From contig JBGAQA010000095.1 of assembly GCA_044220955.1 (NCBI GenBank), positions 1 to 24,236 of the forward strand: DNA of 24,236 nucleotides. Reading direction: 5' to 3'. Source of the DNA: Sandaracinaceae bacterium. GTDB lineage: Bacteria; Myxococcota_A; Polyangia; Polyangiales; Sandaracinaceae. The notes under the pieces were generated by a model, which was not told the origin of the DNA, searched no databases, and saw nothing but the letters and a program-made list of their open reading frames with translations. Each line of letters starts with the position of its first letter. Position 1 is the stretch's first letter. Positions 15,597 through 22,921 of this stretch are shown piece by piece. The translations under genes were made by a program, and so were the position numbers.

Positions 15597-16856
15597 TCAG
15601 CGCACCACCTCGAAGTGCCCCATCATCCCGGCGGCGTGATGCTCGAGGATGTGGCAGTGGTACATCCACGAGCCCGGGCGATCGTCGGGACGGAACGCGA
15701 TGGTGACGGTCTGCCGACCGACCACGTTGACGGTGTCCTCCCACGACGAGGGCGTCGTGGGAACGCCATCGACGGCGACCACCTGGAAGAAGAACCCGTG
15801 CAGGTGGAAGGGGTGATCCATCCCCGTCTCGTTGACGATGTCCCAGACCTGGAGCTCGCCGACCTTGACCGGCGCATCGTGGTGGTGGGTCTCGTCGTTG
15901 ACGAGCCAGTCGTGCCCGTGCAGCGTCATCCGCGCACCGAGGCGGACGGTGCGCGTGCGGACCGGCTCGCCCGTGACGAGCGGCACGACGCGACCCCGCG
16001 CCCGGGGGACCGACGCGCGCGAAGCGGCGCGGGGCCCGACGCGGAGCGAGGCCCACGCCGTGCGGGTGGGCCACTTCATCTTCGAGCGTCGATACGGCAG
16101 CGACTCGATCGGCACGACGCTGCCTTCGTCCTCGAACGGGCCGACGGCCAGCTCGACGCGCTCGCCGGGCGCCAGCAGCTTCTCGAACACGACGGGCGTC
16201 TCGTTGCTCGGACCGCCGCCGCCGCCGACCACGCGGAACGGCCGACCGCCGATCGAGAGCCGCACGTAGCGCGCGCTGCACGCGTTCACGACGCGCCAGC
16301 GCTCGACCTGGCCCGCCGCGATCTCGAGGCGGGGCATCGAGCGCCCGTTCACGAGCGTGACGCCACCCTCACGACCGGCGTGGCGATCGAAGATCGACGT
16401 GGCCGCGATGTGCCCGCGTCCGTCGAGCGACACGTCGTCGAGGACCAGCACGCGATCGGCATCGAAGCCCCGCTCGTCCTCGCCCAGCACCACGAGCGCG
16501 CCGTAGAGGCCCCGCTCCATCTGCACCGTCTCGTTGGCGTGCGAGTGGTACCAGAACGTGCCGGCGTCAGGCAGCTCGAAGCGGTACTCGAACGTCTCCC
16601 CCGGCGCGACCATCCGCTGCGTGCACGCGGTGCCGTCCATCGCGGCGGGCACGCGCAGGCCGTGCCAGTGGATCGACGTCGGCTCGGGCAGGTGGTTGAC
16701 GAGCCTCGCCACGAGCGTGTCACCCACGTGCGCGACGATCAGAGGACCCGGCACGCGGCCCTCGTACCCCCACGCCGGAACGCTCCGGCCTGGCGCGATC
16801 TCCCACGCCATCTCCTTCGCCTCGAGCCGCACGTCGATCTCTCTCGCAGTCCTCAT
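15597..16856 (-). CDS. Multicopper oxidase (three-domain, CueO/CuoB-like), 419 aa
   Basis: All four Cu motifs: HWHG, WYHSH, HPFHLHG, HCHILEHHAAGMM. AGGAGG precedes ATG 16856. Confidence 0.94.
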   Translation of the reverse strand: MRTAREIDVRLEAKEMAWEIAPGRSVPAWGYEGRVPGPLIVAHVGDTLVARLVNHLPEPTSIHWHGLRVPAAMDGTACTQRMVAPGETFEYRFELPDAGTFWYHSHANETVQMERGLYGALVVLGEDERGFDADRVLVLDDVSLDGRGHIAATSIFDRHAGREGGVTLVNGRSMPRLEIAAGQVERWRVVNACSARYVRLSIGGRPFRVVGGGGGPSNETPVVFEKLLAPGERVELAVGPFEDEGSVVPIESLPYRRSKMKWPTRTAWASLRVGPRAASRASVPRARGRVVPLVTGEPVRTRTVRLGARMTLHGHDWLVNDETHHHDAPVKVGELQVWDIVNETGMDHPFHLHGFFFQVVAVDGVPTTPSSWEDTVNVVGRQTVTIAFRPDDRPGSWMYHCHILEHHAAGMMGHFEVVR

Positions 16857-16951
16857 GGTCCCTCCTGCCGGGCCCGTGGCCCGATGACGTCGCCAGTACA
16901 CTTCTTCTTCTTCGTTCTTCTTCGGCGCCCTCGGGAGCACCGCGGGGGCGC

Positions 16952-17650
16952 TCACGCCGCGACGAGCTCGAGGCTCGCGTGCGCCAGCGCCGAGGCGGTC
17001 TTGCGGCCGACGATCGCGGGCGCCTGACGCACCAGCGACTCGTCCTCGAGCGCCGCGACCATGAAGAGCGCGAAGTCGACGCGGCGGGTGCGGTTGCTCG
17101 CGAGGACCGGATCGCCGACGTGTCGGCTCCACACCGGGAGCCCCTCGCTCTCGCCTTCCTCGAGATCGCTCCCGCGAACGACGGTCCAGCGCCTGTCGCT
17201 CTCGAAGATCCGCCTGCACGCCTCGACCTGATCGTCGATCTCGGCGAGGCCGAAGAGACGCACGATCCAGGCGATGATCGGGAGCAGGATGGTGAAGAAC
17301 GCCGAGTAGCGATCCTTCCCGTCGCGGCTGATGTGCCAGCCACAGGAGAAGACGAGGCGCGCGCCCGGCTTCGCGAGGTCGAGGACCGCCTGCGCGGTGC
17401 CCGACGAGTACTGCCGGACGCCCCAGGGCGCCAGGACGACGAGGACGCCGTCGCAGCCGTCGACGGCCTTGCGGATCACCTCGCGGTCATCGGTGCGGCC
17501 GGGGTGGACGGTGATCCGGCCCGCGAAGCGATCGAGCTTCCCGACGCTCTCGGGCCGGCAGACGCCGACCACCTCGTGTCCGCGATCGAGCGCGTGCTCG
17601 ATCATGTACTGGCCCAGCTTCCCCGACGCCCCGACGATGCAGATCTTCAT
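16952..17650 (-). CDS. NAD(P)H-binding Rossmann protein (flavin/biliverdin reductase-like, NAD_binding_10)
   Basis: MKICIVGASGKLG...ALDRGHEVVGVCR, WTVVR, RVDFALFM. GGAGG RBS. Confidence 0.9.
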   Translation of the reverse strand: MKICIVGASGKLGQYMIEHALDRGHEVVGVCRPESVGKLDRFAGRITVHPGRTDDREVIRKAVDGCDGVLVVLAPWGVRQYSSGTAQAVLDLAKPGARLVFSCGWHISRDGKDRYSAFFTILLPIIAWIVRLFGLAEIDDQVEACRRIFESDRRWTVVRGSDLEEGESEGLPVWSRHVGDPVLASNRTRRVDFALFMVAALEDESLVRQAPAIVGRKTASALAHASLELVAA

Positions 17651-17672
17651 GTGCCGTCCTCCGTTCTTCGTG

Positions 17673-17719
17673 GACCTTGGCTCGTCGCGCCGGGGCCCAC
17701 TTGAACGAAGGGGCTACGA
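17673..17719 (-). promoter_or_regulatory. Conserved promoter/operator, copy 1 (upstream of the oxidoreductase)
   Basis: Plus strand GACCTTGG-N18-ACTTGAACGAAGGGGCTACGA; near-identical to the copy at 19432-19478. Confidence 0.7.
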
Positions 17720-18484
17720 CAAGCGGAGCGTCGCGGCGGCAATGCCGAACATGCGGCGAAACGTCCGGCTCAGGTGCGCCGAGTCCGAGAAGCCCGCTTC
17801 GTGCGCGGCCTCGGTGAGCGAGGCGCCGACGGCGAACATCTCGACGGCGCGCACCAGGCGCAACCACAGGAGGAACGTCCGGAACGAGAGCCCCGTCTGC
17901 TCGACGAAGAGGTGTCGCGTCCGTCCCTTCGAGAGGCCCACGACCGCGGCGACCTCGCCGAGGCTCACGGGCTGCTCGAGCCGCGCCGACACCCAGGCGA
18001 TCAGCTTCGCGACGCGCCGGTCGACGCGCGGGGCGCGGACACCCTCGCCGGCCAGTCGGGCGATCAGCTCTCGACCCAGGGCGCGGAGATCCTCGTCGCT
18101 GTGCGCTCGGCGCGCGAACGTGGCGCGCAGGCGCGCGGGGATGTCGCCGAGACGCTCCGCCGGCAGGTGCACGATCGGCCCGTCGGCGAAGAGCGTGCGC
18201 GCGATCTCTCGGCCCGCCTGGCCGTCGGACGCGACGAACAGGTGCGCGACCGTCCCGGTCCCCGCGAACGCGTGCGGCGCGTCGGGCGCGACCGCGAGGT
18301 AGCTGCCGGCGACGCGCCCACGATCGCTCTCGAAGTCCACGCGCCCCGTCAGCGCGAGCGTCACCTGGATCACGTGGTGAGCGTGGACGTCGGTGCGCGG
18401 GTACTGCTCGCCGGCGGGAGCGCTCAGGATCCAGAGGCTCGCGCCCTCCCAGACGAGGATGCGACCGTGCGCCTTGGTCCCCAC
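17714..18484 (-). CDS. AraC-family transcriptional regulator
   Basis: N-terminal cupin HAHHVIQ; C-terminal SLGEVAAVVGLSKGRTRHLF...LTEAAHEAGFSDSAHLSRTFRRMFG. Confidence 0.95.
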   Translation of the reverse strand: MGTKAHGRILVWEGASLWILSAPAGEQYPRTDVHAHHVIQVTLALTGRVDFESDRGRVAGSYLAVAPDAPHAFAGTGTVAHLFVASDGQAGREIARTLFADGPIVHLPAERLGDIPARLRATFARRAHSDEDLRALGRELIARLAGEGVRAPRVDRRVAKLIAWVSARLEQPVSLGEVAAVVGLSKGRTRHLFVEQTGLSFRTFLLWLRLVRAVEMFAVGASLTEAAHEAGFSDSAHLSRTFRRMFGIAAATLRLS

Positions 18485-18535
18485 GCGTCCGAGCTTAGCG
18501 GACGCCTCCGCGACGCGGCCAGTCGAGACCGCCGA

Positions 18536-19399
18536 TCAGATGCCCGCGGTCGCGGGCACAGCCGGCACGACGGGGTCCGCCGGCAGCACGCTCAGGATGA
18601 TCTGCGTCACGTCCTGCGCGCGATCGGTCTCGAGGTTGTGACCCGCTCCCTCGAAGAGCCACTGGTCGCCGTCCTCGGCAGCATCGGCGATTGCGGCGTG
18701 CATCCAGACCCAGAGGTGCTCGCCCGCGGGCGAGAAGCCGTGCGACGTCGCCGTCAGCACGCGGACTGGATACGACCCGAAGCCGCCGGTCGCCGCGAGC
18801 TGCGCCGAGATGCCCCCGAACGCCTCGTACTCGGCGATCTCCACGGGCGGCCGCGAGCGCAGGACGTCGCGCGGGACGATGCAGCCGGTGACGGCGGCGT
18901 GCTCGCACGCGAGGCTGAAGTCGCCGGGGCGCGGCTCGACGAGCACGAGCGCCGCCACCTCCTCGGGATGCGCCCTCGCGAAGAGCTCCAGGTACGTTCC
19001 GCCGAACGAGTGACCCACGAGCACGTACGGCGGCGCGTGGCCGCGCGCGACGAGCAGTGCGCGGAGATCCTCCACGATGTGCGCGCCGTCCCGCGGCTCC
19101 GTGGTCGGATCGCTGCGTCCGTATCCGGGGCGCGAGTACGCGAACACACGCGCGTGGCCGGAGACCTCGCTCGCGACCTGATCCCACGCGCTCCAGTCGT
19201 TTCCCCAGCCGGACTCGAACACCACCGTCGCCTCGCCGCTGCCGGTCTCGACGAGCTCGACGTCGCGGCCGGAGACCTCGGCGACGGTCGGCGTGAGCCG
19301 CGTGCTGCACGCCGTGAGCGTCGCGAGCGTCAGGAGCACCAGCACGCTCGCTGGCAGGAGCCGGCGGGGGTGGGCGCGTCGGATCGTCTGGGTGTTCAT
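18536..19399 (-). CDS. Alpha/beta hydrolase, predicted lipoprotein
   Basis: Lipobox LTAC, VVFESGWG, YSRPGYGRS, nucleophile GHSFGG, GAGH. AGGAG RBS. Confidence 0.9.
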   Translation of the reverse strand: MNTQTIRRAHPRRLLPASVLVLLTLATLTACSTRLTPTVAEVSGRDVELVETGSGEATVVFESGWGNDWSAWDQVASEVSGHARVFAYSRPGYGRSDPTTEPRDGAHIVEDLRALLVARGHAPPYVLVGHSFGGTYLELFARAHPEEVAALVLVEPRPGDFSLACEHAAVTGCIVPRDVLRSRPPVEIAEYEAFGGISAQLAATGGFGSYPVRVLTATSHGFSPAGEHLWVWMHAAIADAAEDGDQWLFEGAGHNLETDRAQDVTQIILSVLPADPVVPAVPATAGI

Positions 19400-19431
19400 G
19401 GTGCCTCTTCTCCTGGGTTCGGGGATTGCTC

Positions 19432-19478
19432 GACCTTGGGAGCGGCACGCCCCGGCGACTTGAACGCAGGGGCTGCGA
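19432..19478 (-). promoter_or_regulatory. Conserved promoter/operator, copy 2 (upstream of the hydrolase)
   Basis: Plus strand GACCTTGG-N18-ACTTGAACGCAGGGGCTGCGA; same spacing as copy 1. Confidence 0.7.
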
Positions 19479-19522
19479 TCGTTCGACCGGACGCGTCGAT
19501 GGCTCGGGCCCGAGGCCAGGCC

Positions 19523-21718
19523 TCAGACGGAGAAGTCGAAGCGGTAGGTCAGCTTCAGCGTGATCGCGTGCTCGACGAGCACGCTCGCCGAGCTCGGGTA
19601 GTGCGCGTTCATCTGCCAGACGAAGTACACGTCGCTGCCCGGCATGTAGCGCCAGCGCATCCGCAGCATCGCGGTCGCGAGATCGGTCTCCTCGTTCACG
19701 CGACCGAGCAGGTCGAACTGGAGGTTCGTCGTCGGCGTGACGCGGACCAGGGCGTTGAGGCCGTACGTCCAGAACGGGAGCACGCCGGGGAGCTCCACGT
19801 AGTAGAGGTCCGCGCGCACGTCGAGGCTGACGAACGAGCCGAAGCCCACGAGCGCGCGCGCGTACGGGTTCTGCTGCGTGCCTCCGAAGAAGCCGTTGCG
19901 CACGCGGTAGGCGACCTCGAAGTACGGGTTCCGCGCGGGCGGCGAGTACGCCAGGGCGGACAGGATCACCCCCCGGTACGTGCCGCGCTCCACCTCCAGC
20001 GTCCGGTACGGCGCGAACGGCTGGGCGACCGTGTCCTCGACGTACGACGCTTCGTAGCTCGCGCCCCAGCCCCCCTCACCCTCGACGGAGGTGTAGATCC
20101 CGGCGCTCTCGTAGAGCACCGAGTCGAAGCGATCGGTCACCTGGATCTCCCCGCGGGGCCCGATCTGCATGCGGCGGAAGAAGCCGCTCGGCCTCGCGAT
20201 CACGGGGGAGTCGAGCGCGAGGCGCGCAGCGCCCGGCCGCCGCGCGAAGCCGAGCTCCGGATCGAACTCGCGGCCCACCCAGAGCGCGCTCAGGACGGGC
20301 TGCCAGATCTGCCCGCGCCACCGCAGGGTCGCCGAGCCCGCGAACCCCTCGCCGCTCGCATGCGTGACCTCGTCCTGCCCGTCGCGCGCGGTGCCCGCGG
20401 CGAACGCGTAGAGCTCGAGTCGGTCGTCGGCAGCGCGCAAGAGCCCGTCGACGGCGACCGTGGCGTGGGCGCCCTGGCCGGTGGGTGCTCCGTCCCAGCG
20501 GAACGGCTGACGCGAGACGACCATCAGGCCCACGTACGACGCGCCCTCGATCGCGACCCGCGCGCGCGCGGCGACGACGTTGGAGGCGGGCGTCGCCCCG
20601 CTCTGGTCCGTGAGCACGTCGAGCGCGCCGAACGTGACGGGACCCTCGCGTCCGTAGAGCTTCACGCCGCCGAGGATGGGCAGCCGGCGCCCGGAGGGGT
20701 CGAGGCCGATGCGGCGGGAGTAGAACGGCAGGAGCGCCTCGGCGACTCCCGCGTCGAAGACGTCGAGGCCGTTCAGGAAGAAGGGGCGGCGCTCCGGGAA
20801 GAAGAGCGGAAACCGGTCGAGGTTCACGAGCGCGTCGTCGAGGTCGACCTGCGCGAAGTCGGTCAGCACGGTCGCCTCTCCCCACACGTCCGCGCCGAGC
20901 CGCGCGAGCAGGTCGCCGCCGATCGACTGGTGCTCGCTGGACGCGCCGTCGCCGATCCGGAGCCCCGAGACGGCGTAGGGCGTCACGACCACCGGCGCGC
21001 CACCGCCGCCCATCACGAGCCCATCGACGACGCCGTAGTGCAGCGCCGACCACGGGCCCATCTCCGGCGTCATCGGCGACCAGTCGTACGTGGCGGCGCG
21101 GGCGTTGTGGTCGCGCGTGACGTTGAGACCGATCGATCGCGGCGCGTCGCTCTCTCGAAGGCCCAGGGAGATGACGGGGATCCGCAGCTCGACGGTCCAG
21201 GTGCGCCCCTCGACCCGCGAGGCGCTCTGCCAGACCATGTCGACCTCCTGCCGGACGGTCCGGCCGTTGTCGAGCGCGAGATAGTCGAGCTGCGCGCCCG
21301 AGGCGTCGACGACGAACCCGAGCGTCGTCCGGTGGTCGAGCCGCGCGTCGATCTTCACGCTGATGGCGTCGTCCTCGAAGATCGCGTCGGAGTCGCGCGT
21401 CATCGTCAGCCCGCGCGGCGTCTCGCCCTCGGCGAGCCCGGCCTCGATGCCGATGTAGAGCGCGTCGCGATCGAAGACGATGCGGAACGTCGTGGGCACG
21501 GTCGGCTGCGTCCCGGGATGCGGGACACGCTCGACGAAATCGCCGGCGGGCTCCGCCTCGAGCCAGGGCGCCTCGTCGAGGATCCCGTCGATCGCGATCG
21601 AGCGCTCCCCGCGGGCCGTCGCGGTCACGTGCGGCGGCGCGTGCGCCGGCTGCGCTAGCGCCCGAATCGGGAGCGTGAGCGCGAGCGCCGCGACCACGCC
21701 GTGGAGCCCCCGGTACAT
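19523..21718 (-). CDS. CBM9-like / DUF5916 outer-membrane protein
   Basis: Signal peptide, IAIDGILDEAPW, WTVELRIP, DFAQVDLD...NLDRFPLFFPERRPFFL, FYSRRIGL, and a beta-barrel-like C-terminus KLTYRFDF. Confidence 0.88.
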   Translation of the reverse strand: MYRGLHGVVAALALTLPIRALAQPAHAPPHVTATARGERSIAIDGILDEAPWLEAEPAGDFVERVPHPGTQPTVPTTFRIVFDRDALYIGIEAGLAEGETPRGLTMTRDSDAIFEDDAISVKIDARLDHRTTLGFVVDASGAQLDYLALDNGRTVRQEVDMVWQSASRVEGRTWTVELRIPVISLGLRESDAPRSIGLNVTRDHNARAATYDWSPMTPEMGPWSALHYGVVDGLVMGGGGAPVVVTPYAVSGLRIGDGASSEHQSIGGDLLARLGADVWGEATVLTDFAQVDLDDALVNLDRFPLFFPERRPFFLNGLDVFDAGVAEALLPFYSRRIGLDPSGRRLPILGGVKLYGREGPVTFGALDVLTDQSGATPASNVVAARARVAIEGASYVGLMVVSRQPFRWDGAPTGQGAHATVAVDGLLRAADDRLELYAFAAGTARDGQDEVTHASGEGFAGSATLRWRGQIWQPVLSALWVGREFDPELGFARRPGAARLALDSPVIARPSGFFRRMQIGPRGEIQVTDRFDSVLYESAGIYTSVEGEGGWGASYEASYVEDTVAQPFAPYRTLEVERGTYRGVILSALAYSPPARNPYFEVAYRVRNGFFGGTQQNPYARALVGFGSFVSLDVRADLYYVELPGVLPFWTYGLNALVRVTPTTNLQFDLLGRVNEETDLATAMLRMRWRYMPGSDVYFVWQMNAHYPSSASVLVEHAITLKLTYRFDFSV

Positions 21719-21734
21719 CGCGCGCGGAGCCTAC

Positions 21735-21758
21735 GCGATCGCTCGAGCGAGCGATCGC
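21735..21758. repeat. Perfect 10-bp inverted repeat
   Basis: GCGATCGCTC-GAGC-GAGCGATCGC, between the tRNA fragment and the TAGGCT box of the DUF5916 gene. Confidence 0.55.
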
Positions 21759-21796
21759 CCGAAGACCGCAGCGGACACGCGCCGCGCCCGGTGGAA

Positions 21797-21817
21797 GCGG
21801 AGGAGAAGGGATTCGAA
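21797..21817 (-). mobile_element. tRNA(Ser)-like 3' fragment, probable att site of an integrated element
   Basis: Minus strand TTCGAAT-CCCTT-CTCCTCC-G-C = T-loop, 3' T-stem, 3' acceptor strand, G73. The 5' T-stem strand (expected AAGGG) and the rest of the tRNA are absent. Confidence 0.72.
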
Positions 21818-22085
21818 AACGCCTACATTCTAGGTCTATTCCGGGATCACGGAGGAAATCGCGGAAACGCGTCGGGGGGGCCGACGGCACTTCCCGCGAG
21901 ATCACGCGAGTTCCCGGGCGGAGTTCCGGACGACGTTACGCGCGTCACGCTGGAGCGGGTGCGCGAAGCGGTACGGGTGCTGCGCGAGGGCGGGCACCGC
22001 GACCTCGCCGAAGCTGTCGATCGGTTGACGCGGCCGTCGTGACACTTCGCGTGCATCGTCGCGCGGCTTGCGCAACGATGCGCGC

Positions 22086-22646
22086 GTGACGCGTCGGAAA
22101 CGGAAGCGGCGAACGACGGTCCGCGCGAGACGCGTCGAAGGCGCTTGGCGCCCTTGGCCGGGCACGCGGCTCACGCTCGAGCGCGCCACCGCGGCGGAGT
22201 TGGCCGCGATCGAAGCGAGCTGGCGAGCAGGGCGTGGAGCCGCCGAAGCCCACTGGCGATGGACGGACATCGCGGCGTTCGCCGACGAGACCGTGATGGT
22301 GATCCGCAACGAGGCGGACGTGATCGCGCTCTGGGCGGGTCGGACGACGGGCGAGGTCGGCCGCGCTGTCTACGTCCTCGAATACCTCGAGGTCGCGCCG
22401 GACGCGCGTGGTCGCAACCTCGCTGGCCCGACCGCGATGCTCCTGCTGGCGCACCACGCGCTCGCAACAGCCCACTCGTCAGTCGTCCTGGCTGCGCTCC
22501 CCGAGCGCGTCGCCTGGTACCTCCGACTCGGCGCCGTGCTCGCCGTGGGCGCGAGCGTGCCGGAGGGTCTCGTTCCCTTGCGCTTCGACCTGCCGGTCCT
22601 TCAAGCTATGGAGAAGATTCTCGATGCCACCCGCGAAAAAATCTGA
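22086..22646 (+). CDS. GNAT-fold acetyltransferase-like protein
   Basis: YVLEYLEVAPDARGRNLAG (motif A-like) and VVLAALPERVAWYLRLGA (motif B-like). Start uncertain. Confidence 0.65.
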   Translation: MTRRKRKRRTTVRARRVEGAWRPWPGTRLTLERATAAELAAIEASWRAGRGAAEAHWRWTDIAAFADETVMVIRNEADVIALWAGRTTGEVGRAVYVLEYLEVAPDARGRNLAGPTAMLLLAHHALATAHSSVVLAALPERVAWYLRLGAVLAVGASVPEGLVPLRFDLPVLQAMEKILDATREKI

Positions 22647-22908
22647 TCCGGGACTCGACGCCCCGCAGCGCGCGTTCGCCGCCTGGGCGCTCGCCGTGGG
22701 TGACCCTGGCGCGAGCGTGCTCGCGTACCCGGGGGTGCAGCTGCCGGGCGCGGCACCGTCCGATCGTGCGCGACGCGCGGCGCGTGTGCTTCTCGCCGAT
22801 CGCGAGGCTTCGAAAGCCGACCTGAATGCGTTGGCGCTCGCGCTCGACGCCTTCGTCCCGAGCGCGCGCCCACGCACGCGTCGCAGAGCATCGAAGCGCG
22901 CGGCCTGA
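22624..22908 (+). CDS. Small hypothetical protein, 94 aa, overlapping the GNAT 3' end
   Basis: GGAG precedes ATG 22624. MPPAKKSDPGLDAPQRAFAAW...RTRRRASKRAA*. Confidence 0.5.
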   Translation: MPPAKKSDPGLDAPQRAFAAWALAVGDPGASVLAYPGVQLPGAAPSDRARRAARVLLADREASKADLNALALALDAFVPSARPRTRRRASKRAA

Positions 22909-22921
22909 GAGTTCCCGAGTG

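Noticed and set aside
15268..15639. ORF-track frames covering the oxidase-sigma gap (15268..16281 minus, 15421..15639 plus)
   Set aside because: No motifs or RBS. The 55-aa Cys-rich frame has a clear RBS, a patterned sequence and a fitting context.
16884..16901. Second ECF promoter (TGTACT...CGTC) upstream of the oxidase
   Set aside because: Only 5 nt separate the two elements versus 16 nt in the candidate at 15565-15592.
17774..21658. Very long ORFs such as 17774..21658 (+), 4174..7194 (-), 674..2659 (+), 10206..12152 (+) and 450..2702 (-)
   Set aside because: Antisense or off-frame shadows of well-supported genes. Arg/Ala/Gly-rich with no motifs, as expected in high-GC DNA where stops are rare.
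21750..21880. Intact tRNA gene
   Set aside because: Only the 3' 21 nt are tRNA-like. No 5' T-stem strand, anticodon arm or D arm can be folded.
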